64,000 nucleotides of DNA from a virus. Shown piece by piece: positions 55,129-63,428 of this stretch. The DNA lies in the IMG/VR virus record IMGVR_UViG_3300028182_000001, positions 64,001 through 128,000 of that record; one strand, written 5' to 3'. The notes below the pieces were generated by a model. The model did not search any database and was not told where the DNA came from. It saw nothing but the letters and a program-made list of their open reading frames with translations. Numbering within the stretch: the first letter of the stretch is position 1; each line of letters begins with the position of its first letter. A program made the position numbers and the translations under genes.

Positions 55129-55587
55129 ATGAACAGAGCAGAGCAATTAGCATTAGAGATTGAACGTAAGCAAAGGGAGTTAGCAAAACTACTGAAGGAA
55201 GAGGAAGATAGAAAGAAACCGATTCCTTTTGATCCTGAAGGTACATGGAAAGTAACTACTGAAGGTGACTGTGAAGGGCGCAGTACTAAGCAGCTAGGTA
55301 CATATGAAGGGCATATCTTAGATGTAGTGCGCCAATTGGCAGGACAAGCTTACTACCAGTTAACGTTCGAACGTGTACAAGCTCAGAGAGCTACAAAGCT
55401 TACTAAAGGATCAAAACGATGTGTACAGTTCCATGTTACAGCAGGAGATAGAGAAACACGAGAGAAGTTACCTTCAGGAGATAGCAACGCACAGTTCAGA
55501 GCATTAGCGCAACATCTGAGAGATGGGGAGTCACTTAAAGAAGGTAATTACTATAACGCAGTAGAATTAACTTGGGAGGTAAAATAA
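55129..55587 (+). CDS. Hypothetical protein (WKVTTEGDCEGRSTKQLG motif)
   Basis: AGGAGG RBS before ATG 55129. Confidence 0.7.
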   Translation: MNRAEQLALEIERKQRELAKLLKEEEDRKKPIPFDPEGTWKVTTEGDCEGRSTKQLGTYEGHILDVVRQLAGQAYYQLTFERVQAQRATKLTKGSKRCVQFHVTAGDRETREKLPSGDSNAQFRALAQHLRDGESLKEGNYYNAVELTWEVK

Positions 55588-55588
55588 T

Positions 55589-55939
55589 ATGAATAAAACA
55601 ACAGACTTTGTGCTTAAATGGTTCCTACCAATATGTATAATCATTATCGGGTTATCAGGTGCAGGGCAGATAGTGTACGGTTCCGTGACTGTAGGTTTAA
55701 TTCAAGTATTCACAGGGTTCTATGTCGCAACTATGATTACACCTATGAAAATGGAACGAATGGTTAAGCGTTATGCTATTTGGTTAGGGATACTAACTGT
55801 AGGTATGATTGTTTGTCTTATAACTTTACTATTCTTAGGGAACTACTTTGGAGCGCTCAGTACCGCATTAGTTACTATTGCAGGAGCTTTCAATATCTAC
55901 GTTCTACATTTCAAACATGGTAAGGAGGAGCAGGAATGA
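55589..55939 (+). CDS. Membrane protein (about 4 TM)
   Basis: Hydrophobic segments; GGAGGT RBS. Confidence 0.7.
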   Translation: MNKTTDFVLKWFLPICIIIIGLSGAGQIVYGSVTVGLIQVFTGFYVATMITPMKMERMVKRYAIWLGILTVGMIVCLITLLFLGNYFGALSTALVTIAGAFNIYVLHFKHGKEEQE

Positions 55940-56241
55940 TTATACATAAACAGGAACTGAAAGAGACCATCAAGGTATTCCATAACAGTCGTGAAGAGAT
56001 GCAGAAGAACTTAGTTAAGTTAAAGTTAGACGGTTGGTCAGGAAATACTCGTGTCAGTGTTGTAGGTTTGGTTTTAGTTCGACAAGAGTTAAGCAACATG
56101 GACATTGAGTGGTTAAACGAGAACCACCCTGATTTAACGATACATGAGCCTGAAACGGATAACTTCCTATATAGCCAACCGTACGTATTCTACACAGAAC
56201 ACGAGAAAATTATCAAGGAGGAACATAAAAATGTTAGATAA
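55936..56241 (+). CDS. Hypothetical protein
   Basis: ATGA overlap, GGAGG RBS. Confidence 0.65.
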   Translation: MIIHKQELKETIKVFHNSREEMQKNLVKLKLDGWSGNTRVSVVGLVLVRQELSNMDIEWLNENHPDLTIHEPETDNFLYSQPYVFYTEHEKIIKEEHKNVR

Positions 56242-56440
56242 ATTCGGAGGTATTTTTCAAATTACTGCTACTTTTCTTTTAGGATGCACAATCACATTTA
56301 ATTTATGTGTAGGAGCACCTGTACTTGGATGGGTATACATTGTCTTTGTAGTCAGTTTCATTTGGATGCTAGTAGGTAATCCAACGTTCACAGAGAGGTT
56401 CCCATACTTTAAAAACTTACTGAAACGTAAGGGGGAATAA
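56231..56440 (+). CDS. Small membrane protein (2 TM)
   Basis: AAGGAGG RBS before ATG 56231. Confidence 0.65.
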   Translation: MLDKFGGIFQITATFLLGCTITFNLCVGAPVLGWVYIVFVVSFIWMLVGNPTFTERFPYFKNLLKRKGE

Positions 56441-56442
56441 AC

Positions 56443-57195
56443 TTGGGGAGATGGAAAGATAGAGTTTGGTTCCATAAGTCTAAGGAGACGACAGGTATTC
56501 GTTGCTGGTTACACTGGGGAGAAGCAGTATGGCACTACGAAGGATATACCTTTAAGAACGCAAACAAGTTAGGTATTAGTATGGACGTAGGTGGCGATGA
56601 AAATGATATCTCCCTCGGTGTCGGTATTAAAGGACTATTCACAATGTACTTTGGTGTTGACGGATTACTACCTCGTAAGTGGAAGTACAAACATCTACCT
56701 GATACTCGTAACTACGGTATTAGTGCGTTTGATGACTACATAAGCATCGAGTTCCACCGAGACGACTACGGTTATGGTAAAGGGTGGAGAGGGTTCCACA
56801 AGATGATTAACTGGAAAGACATCCTCTTTGGTAAAGCTAAGTACACAGAAGAAGAAATACATACAATGCGAGGGTACGTTAGAATGCCTGAAGGTGACTA
56901 TGCGGCCACGATCCGAGCTTACAACGCCACATGGACTCGTAAACGCTTTGTAGACCCTATGACCATCACTCGTTACGAGATTACACCTGATACACCTATC
57001 CCTGAACCAGGTAAAGGGGAGAACGGTTGGGATCAAGAGGACGATGCTACATTCTGTACGACTATCAGAGCAGATAGTGTATCCGATGCACTATTCCGTA
57101 TGGCACAAAGTATTATGCGTACACGGGAAAACAGAGAAGGTAAGAACTGGGTACCTGACGCAGGATTCTCGGACAAGCTAAACCAACCATTGTAA
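56443..57195 (+). CDS. Hypothetical aromatic-rich protein
   Basis: TTG start, AGGGGG RBS, 250 aa; PGKGENGWD motif. Confidence 0.65.
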   Translation: MGRWKDRVWFHKSKETTGIRCWLHWGEAVWHYEGYTFKNANKLGISMDVGGDENDISLGVGIKGLFTMYFGVDGLLPRKWKYKHLPDTRNYGISAFDDYISIEFHRDDYGYGKGWRGFHKMINWKDILFGKAKYTEEEIHTMRGYVRMPEGDYAATIRAYNATWTRKRFVDPMTITRYEITPDTPIPEPGKGENGWDQEDDATFCTTIRADSVSDALFRMAQSIMRTRENREGKNWVPDAGFSDKLNQPL

Positions 57196-57201
57196 AAAGG
57201 A

Positions 57202-57229
57202 GAGAATGCTATAACAGGCATTCTCTTTT
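57202..57229 (+). terminator. Intrinsic terminator
   Basis: GAGAATGC-tataacag-GCATTCTC followed by TTTT. Confidence 0.7.
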
Positions 57230-57249
57230 CGTTAGAGAGGGGATACATA

Positions 57250-57966
57250 ATGAAACGATTTTATGAACAAGATATAAAAGACCTTATCCTAGAGAAGCAA
57301 CATCTATTCGTGTCGAATACAGACTCATCTACAGTTGTATTCGAGAAAGGGATTGTAATTGGTTCTACGATTGCAGACTGTTTGATATTCTCACGAGAGA
57401 AAGGTATAATCGGTATAGAGATTAAAACAGAGAGGGATTCAACACGTAGGTTAAATAGTCAGTTAAAGAACTATAGTCTTGTATGTGATTGGGTTTATGT
57501 TATGTGCCATGATAACCATGTAGAGAAGGTGGAAGATATTCTAACTAAAAATGGTTATCATCATGTAGGTATCCTAGCATATACTGAGTTTAGAGGGGTA
57601 GCAATTCTAGGTGAGTATAGAACTCCTAAGCGATCCCCATACAAGAAAGTAAGTGTAGCGTATCAGATGCTATGGAAAGAAGAGATTAACAATATCCTCG
57701 GGAGCTTTAAAAGACAGGTGAAGACGTTAGAAGAGTTTGGAATGAAAGTGGATACAGCCGAGAGTAGGTCAGGAGGATTGAACGGTCTCTATGTACAGTC
57801 AAATGCTTCTAAGAAGTATCTAAAGAAGTCTGATATGATTAACATGATTATAGGAAGACTTGGTGAGACACAAGCAAATACATTGCTCTGTAACATCTTT
57901 ATATCAGGTAAAATGCACCCCGATAAACAATTGTCCTTCCACCACTTCAAAAGAAAAGATATATGA
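57250..57966 (+). CDS. PD-(D/E)XK nuclease-like protein (sce7726-like)
   Basis: FE......IADCL...GIEIKTERDS..RL..QL..Y...D.VYV. Confidence 0.75.
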   Translation: MKRFYEQDIKDLILEKQHLFVSNTDSSTVVFEKGIVIGSTIADCLIFSREKGIIGIEIKTERDSTRRLNSQLKNYSLVCDWVYVMCHDNHVEKVEDILTKNGYHHVGILAYTEFRGVAILGEYRTPKRSPYKKVSVAYQMLWKEEINNILGSFKRQVKTLEEFGMKVDTAESRSGGLNGLYVQSNASKKYLKKSDMINMIIGRLGETQANTLLCNIFISGKMHPDKQLSFHHFKRKDI

Positions 57967-58004
57967 TACAATAGAGAGGAGAATAAACGTAAAGGGGAAT
58001 TGTT

Positions 58005-58775
58005 ATGGCAAAGAAAATTGAAGCGGTAGAACGAGTAGGTACAGTAGGGGTAAATAGTCACGGGTCACGGATGGTAGTAGTATGGTACGAGAACAGTAAG
58101 AAAGTTATCGTACAGTTTGAGCAAGGTAACGTTGTACAAACTAGTTGGCAGCTGTTCATCAAAGGATCAGTAAAGAATCCGTACGACAAAACACTTCTTG
58201 GTGTAGGATACATGGGGTTAGGCCGCTATAGCTCTAAGACGGAGGATGGAGAAGATAACCCCATCTATTACACTTGGCTTCGTATGATGAGACGTTGTTA
58301 CGATGAGAATACACACAAAAGACAACCTGCGTATATTAACTGTATAGTTGATCCTGATTGGCACAACTTCCAAAACTTTGCAAAGTGGTACGAGGAAAAC
58401 TATTATGAGGTTGACGGAGAGACTATGTGCCTTGACAAAGATATACGTATTAAAGGTAATAAAGTATACTCACCTGATACATGTATCTTTGCTCCGACTC
58501 TCATTAATAACCTGTTTATAACAAACGATAGTAGAAGAGGGGAGCTACCTGTAGGAGTCGTATACGATAAGAAACACGACAAATACATAGCGCAATATAG
58601 AACTCCTCAAGGTAAACATTGGATAGGAAGATTCAAAACGGCAGAAGAAGCTTTCCTTGCTTATAAAGAGTTTAAGGAAGTTTATATAAAGAAGGTTGCA
58701 GAGGAATATAAGGGTAAAATACCACATACACTCTACAATATAATGATGACGTACAAGATAGAGATGACTGACTAA
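58005..58775 (+). mobile_element. Free-standing HNH-type homing endonuclease with AP2-like C-terminus, copy A
   Basis: W..MMRRCY, WHNFQNF, CLDKD...KGNKVYSP..C.F....IN, LPVGV, IGRF.T.EEAFLAYK. Confidence 0.8.
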
Positions 58776-58815
58776 CTTTCCATCATTTTAGAAAAAAGTA
58801 AGAAAAAAGTGGAAA

Positions 58816-58954
58816 TAGACTTCTAAAAGTATGTATGATATCATAAAGATAGGAGTATACTATAACTACAAAGTTATCGGATATACTCCTTTCCTCCTTA
58901 CATCGGAGGTTGGAGTAGAGACAGGAGACAACTAAATCTAAGGAGGAATTTATA
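58816..58954 (+). promoter_or_regulatory. sigmaA promoter plus ~105 nt structured 5' leader with anti-Shine-Dalgarno
   Basis: TAGACT-17-TATCAT with TG; hairpin 58851-58890; TTCCTCCTTA (58891-58900) is the exact reverse complement of the RBS TAAGGAGGAA (58939-58948). Confidence 0.7.
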
Positions 58955-59506
58955 ATGACAGTTAAACAGTTAAGCTTAGTAAAATATGCAGGTGAATATT
59001 TTTGCACATTGGCAGACTATACGGAAACAAGAAGCACAGAGGGTTACTCAGATAGCGCATCGGTAAAATCAGCAGTTAGAACATTCGTAGTGAAATCAGA
59101 TGCAACAAAATATATCTCTTTTAGAGGGGAAGCACAATTAAAGAATATCATCCAAGAGAATAAAGATAACCCTCACTTCCACGAAGAAGACTTCCGAGGG
59201 ACTAGAATGGGTATCATCGCTTGGGATATGTTAGAGCCTTTAAATAACCGTTTCAAAGAGAATAAAGAATATAAAAAAGCATTTGCTCAGTTCATGAAAG
59301 AAGCTAATGATTATATAGAAGGACAACAAAGTAAAGAATCTTCAGATGCTAATGAAACTAACGACCCTACAGAGAGTCGTGCTATAGTAATACGTACATT
59401 ACGATCCGAGTTAAACCGAGTTGATAAAGAGATAGAAGTTCGTCAAATAAATAGAGAAAAGATTCTTCAGGCTATTAACGCATTGGAGAGTTTAGAAGTC
59501 GAATAA
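58955..59506 (+). CDS. Hypothetical protein, possible antirepressor-like DNA-binding N-terminus plus coiled coil
   Basis: LVKYAGEYFCTLADY start resembles ORF6N/Bro-N-like domains (weak); C-terminal heptads. Confidence 0.55.
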   Translation: MTVKQLSLVKYAGEYFCTLADYTETRSTEGYSDSASVKSAVRTFVVKSDATKYISFRGEAQLKNIIQENKDNPHFHEEDFRGTRMGIIAWDMLEPLNNRFKENKEYKKAFAQFMKEANDYIEGQQSKESSDANETNDPTESRAIVIRTLRSELNRVDKEIEVRQINREKILQAINALESLEVE

Positions 59507-59544
59507 AAGTAAAAGATTATGGTATAATTGAATAGTTACAGAAT

Positions 59545-59575
59545 AGGGTTGCATTTTATGGTGCAACCCTTTATT
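59545..59575 (+). terminator. Hairpin/terminator
   Basis: AGGGTTGCA-ttttatgg-TGCAACCCT followed by TTATT. Confidence 0.65.
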
Positions 59576-59610
59576 ATATTACTTATAGAGGGAGTTAAAG
59601 GAGGGTTACA

Positions 59611-60381
59611 GTGGTAGCTAAAAAAGGATTGAAGGACGAGAAGGTTGGCGTTAAAGTAGTTAGTACAGAAGGTTATACAATGGAGTGCGTTGACTACAAT
59701 TCGTATACTGATATCACCGTTCGATTTGAAGATGGTCACGAAGTTAAATCTACTTGGCATAACTTCACGAAAGGAAGTATCAAGAACGTATATCACAAGT
59801 CTGTATATGGTGTTGGTTACATAGGTGAAGGTGACTACTCTTCAAAAGGTTACAGGACTCCGAAGTTTCCTATGTATCGGTCTTGGATATCTATGATGCG
59901 AAGATGTTACAGTGATACAGATAATCCTAGAGATAGAGCATATAAACAATGTAGCGTTAACTCTATATGGCATAATTTTCAGAACTTCTGTCTATGGTAT
60001 GAGTATAATTACTATGAGATAGAAGGAGAGACTATGTGTCTCGATAAAGATATACTGGTTAAAGGTAACAAAACATATGCACCGAAGACTGCTGTGTTTG
60101 TTCCTGAGTCAATTAACAAACTGTTCCTAACACGTAAGGACAAGAGAGGTCACTTACCTATAGGTGTGTACGAGAGACCAAATGGAAAGTTTGGAGCTTA
60201 CCTGAGTAAGGGTGATAAGAGAGTACATCTAGGGTATTTCGGTATACCTCATGAAGCTTTCCTAGCCTACAAAGAAGCGAAGGAACAGCACATAAAGGAA
60301 GTAGCAGAAAAGTACAAGCACCATATTCCTATCAAGTTATATGACGCATTACTACGTTATGAGGTAGAGATGGATGACTAG
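59611..60381 (+). mobile_element. Free-standing HNH-type homing endonuclease with AP2-like C-terminus, copy B
   Basis: Same motif set as copy A; also 256 aa; GTG start with AAGGAGG. Confidence 0.8.
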
Positions 60382-60913
60382 AAAGAAGACAGGTAAACCG
60401 AACTCTGTAACCCGATCAATAGCTAGGGGTGCCGCTGCTCGGGGAGACGGAGTTAATGGTGTTCACGAAAACGGGAAAGATGCCTATAAGCGCTCTAGGC
60501 AAAGCACAAAAGGTAACTATCGTATAGCGTTCACCGAACTATTCGAGAAGGTTACAGAGCGTGATTTAAGCCTTAAACATACATATGCAAAAGATTTACT
60601 CTCTAACTACCTGAAAGTCCCTGTAGATATGATTACATTAAAGGTAAAGAGGAAGCCACAACAGACTCTAACCAGCGTAGACGAAGTATTCTATGTGAAA
60701 GTAGGATCGGATATCTACGGTAAAGTATCTATACGGGTTCAACGTGTATTAAGAGGTAACATGCTTATATTCGTCTTCCAAGAGAAGAAGGCTGCGCTTA
60801 AACCACCTACTAAGTCTTACAGCAGGAAGACTGGATTCAAGAAGAAAACATCCAGTCAAATAAGTCAGACGAAACGAAAGTCTTACCATTCACGACAAGG
60901 AGGAACAAATTAA
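60374..60913 (+). CDS. Basic hypothetical protein
   Basis: GAGGT RBS, K/R-rich termini. Confidence 0.7.
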   Translation: MTRKKTGKPNSVTRSIARGAAARGDGVNGVHENGKDAYKRSRQSTKGNYRIAFTELFEKVTERDLSLKHTYAKDLLSNYLKVPVDMITLKVKRKPQQTLTSVDEVFYVKVGSDIYGKVSIRVQRVLRGNMLIFVFQEKKAALKPPTKSYSRKTGFKKKTSSQISQTKRKSYHSRQGGTN

Positions 60914-61767
60914 TGCAGATTCCAAACTTACCAACAAAACAAGGTTCACTAGAAATGTTACAAGGGCTGTTAAAGGATAAACGAAAGAGTGTATACGGTG
61001 TATTCTATACGAATGATTACTTCAGTCAACGTTACCTTTGCCGTAACCACGTATTAGCCGATGAGGTGAACATTGAAGACAAGACAGTTAAACTAAAGAT
61101 TGCTACACGAGTAGAGCACGCAGGTCTATGGGAACTAGAGAATACGTTAGATGCTTTAGTTCATTTCGAAGCAGGAGACATTCCTGGATACGATTATACA
61201 GACGAGAACGCTACGATCCCTACAGTACCTGAACCGATATCTGTAGTAAAGAGTCTATTCAGTATCGACCTAGTATTGATTATGAAAGAACCGTCAATTA
61301 CATACCAATCATTCGAAATTGCGGGAGCTAAATTCCTGTTAATGAATATCCATCTTGTACTAGAGGATAGCGAAGGAGACTTTGAACAACAAGTTACACT
61401 ATTGTTCGGGGACTCAGGAAAGTTAAGCTTATTCTCTCACTTCTACGACAAGGAACTAGAGTATGAGGATATCCGTACGCTGCTACATCTAATCATGGAT
61501 AAGAACATCACAGGTAAAGCTATCCTAGGTGTGCAGTCTATCAGTAAATCAGGAGCGATGTGTTCACTAAGTCCTGATAACGAGCAGATTAGTTCATGGG
61601 TGACAGCAGAAGACCAGTATACATTCGGTTCAGGTCTAAGCTTCATTAGTATCCCTTACATGACACTGAAGACATATAAGCTAAAGCTTGATTCAAGTAT
61701 CACGATGGGGTACCATTTAGAACTAACAAACGATGAGCATAAATTAGAAATCTTCATGGAGAACTAG
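60913..61767 (+). CDS. Hypothetical protein
   Basis: AAGGAGG RBS, 284 aa. Confidence 0.7.
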   Translation: MQIPNLPTKQGSLEMLQGLLKDKRKSVYGVFYTNDYFSQRYLCRNHVLADEVNIEDKTVKLKIATRVEHAGLWELENTLDALVHFEAGDIPGYDYTDENATIPTVPEPISVVKSLFSIDLVLIMKEPSITYQSFEIAGAKFLLMNIHLVLEDSEGDFEQQVTLLFGDSGKLSLFSHFYDKELEYEDIRTLLHLIMDKNITGKAILGVQSISKSGAMCSLSPDNEQISSWVTAEDQYTFGSGLSFISIPYMTLKTYKLKLDSSITMGYHLELTNDEHKLEIFMEN

Positions 61768-61788
61768 GGACTATCCCTAGTTTTTCTT
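61762..61788 (+). terminator. Intrinsic terminator
   Basis: AACTAGGGA-cta-TCCCTAGTT followed by T-run. Confidence 0.8.
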
Positions 61789-62093
61789 TATATTTACGAT
61801 CCTACAGAGCCATTTTAAGTAGAAAAAAGTACACTACTTAGTACAGTTAAATTTGGGGTTCTAAACTGATTTTTCGGTACCAATCGTAAACGACCTGATT
61901 TCGTACAAGATATTCCACATTCTTAAACGATAAAAAAGTATACAACGTAGTGGAACTTTTAAACTATTTACGAAAAAGTTTAAAATTCACTGTATGATTT
62001 ACTATATTATACGTAGACGTTGATACAACAGTATTCGAGGGACAATTTCCCCTATTTAAGATGTGAATATATTCGAAAGGGTTGGGATTTAAA

Positions 62094-62816
62094 ATGGCAG
62101 GAAACGATAAAAAGAAATTAGGATCAAGTAGTGTATTAGTGCAGTTGTATAAGAATAAAAAGTTATGTACGAAAGTAGATAACATGCTAGATGAGGGACT
62201 AACATACGACTATATCATAGAGTTCTGTAACGATAATGACTTCAGTATTTCGAAAGCTTCATTAACAAACTACAAAAAGAAACGTGAAGAAGCAATCGAA
62301 AAAGGAGTACCACTACTTCAGTTACTGGACAAGCGTGCAAAGGATAACGTCACATACATTTCAGATAAACAAGTAAATGAATTTTGGAAGTCACCTGAAG
62401 ACGGATCGGAAGAGTCTATGTCAGTTGCTTCAGTTACAGACATGACTAAAGTAGGTACAATCTTTAACGATTTAGAACTACTAGATGAGATTATTAAAAA
62501 GGGTGCAAAAGGGTTACAGGCTTTTGACGTGGTGGATACACCGTTGGCGATGAAAGCTATCGAACTGAAAGCAAAGATTACGAATAACCAATTATCAGGT
62601 CTATCTATTGCAGGTCTACGTGAGATTAAATTACGTCAAACTGCAAAAGAAACGGCAATGATGCAAGTCATCATGAGTTACGTTTCCGAAGATAAGCATG
62701 ACCAGTTATTTGAAGACTTAGACCTTGCGGAGAAAGAGTTCTACGAGAACTTAGACCTTACTGAGGAAGACAAACGTATCAGTAAAGCACTTGAATCTGC
62801 TGGTCTAGGAATATAA
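62094..62816 (+). CDS. HTH protein, DUF3486/Mu-gp27-like (possible terminase small subunit)
   Basis: VDNMLDEGLTYDYIIEFC....FSISKASLTNYKK HTH followed by a helical oligomerisation-like region. Confidence 0.5.
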   Translation: MAGNDKKKLGSSSVLVQLYKNKKLCTKVDNMLDEGLTYDYIIEFCNDNDFSISKASLTNYKKKREEAIEKGVPLLQLLDKRAKDNVTYISDKQVNEFWKSPEDGSEESMSVASVTDMTKVGTIFNDLELLDEIIKKGAKGLQAFDVVDTPLAMKAIELKAKITNNQLSGLSIAGLREIKLRQTAKETAMMQVIMSYVSEDKHDQLFEDLDLAEKEFYENLDLTEEDKRISKALESAGLGI

Positions 62817-62830
62817 GGAGGGAATAGCCA

Positions 62831-63310
62831 ATGAGTGGAGTAGTTGATGTTACACAGTATGAGAAGATTGACTACGTGGCGTACACATCGTTACGTGATA
62901 AGTTAGAAGCGCTTCTGAGGGGAGAGGTGCTTCTTGTTAAAAACTTCGAGCGCAGAATGAATCTTGATGTACTCATTCGAGTAGTGGATAAACGATTCAC
63001 TGTAACGCAGATGACGTACGATATCGTAGAAGACCCAAGCAATGCGAGATACTGGGTTACATTTAATGTAGGGATCAATGACTTATCGTTATTCTCTGTC
63101 TTCAAATTCGAGGATAAAATCTTCAGTTATACGAATAAGTTCAGAATAGACGACCGAGTGGATTACATTAGTGCTACAGGTAAAAAGGACGCGGCCATTG
63201 TAGAAGAAGTATACATATCCAAGACCGATCCTGAAGTGTTTGCTTACAAACTATCCAGGGAAGATAACTTATATGAAGAGAAGGATTTAATCGCAATCCG
63301 TCCTATGTAA
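62831..63310 (+). CDS. Hypothetical protein
   Basis: AAGGAGG RBS, 159 aa. Confidence 0.7.
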   Translation: MSGVVDVTQYEKIDYVAYTSLRDKLEALLRGEVLLVKNFERRMNLDVLIRVVDKRFTVTQMTYDIVEDPSNARYWVTFNVGINDLSLFSVFKFEDKIFSYTNKFRIDDRVDYISATGKKDAAIVEEVYISKTDPEVFAYKLSREDNLYEEKDLIAIRPM

Positions 63311-63343
63311 TACAGAGTCTAAAAAACTCTGTATTTTTTTTTT
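63309..63343 (+). terminator. Intrinsic terminator
   Basis: AATACAGAGT-ctaaaaa-ACTCTGTATT followed by T-run. Confidence 0.85.
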
Positions 63344-63350
63344 GTTTATT

Positions 63351-63383
63351 TTGTTGACAGTAGGACAACCTATATGATATTCT
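63351..63383 (+). promoter_or_regulatory. Early-type promoter
   Basis: TTGTTGACA-18-TATTCT with TG. Confidence 0.65.
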
Positions 63384-63428
63384 TTGGTTACAGAAGTTAT
63401 TACAGTTTTTTGAGGAGGAAAGAAAGTC

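Noticed and set aside
1869-63196. GCNGC methylation as the sole explanation of the GGCC bias
   Set aside because: Explains GGCCGC but not the GGACCGC/GCGGTCC preference; CCGC explains both (not fully excluded without methylome data)
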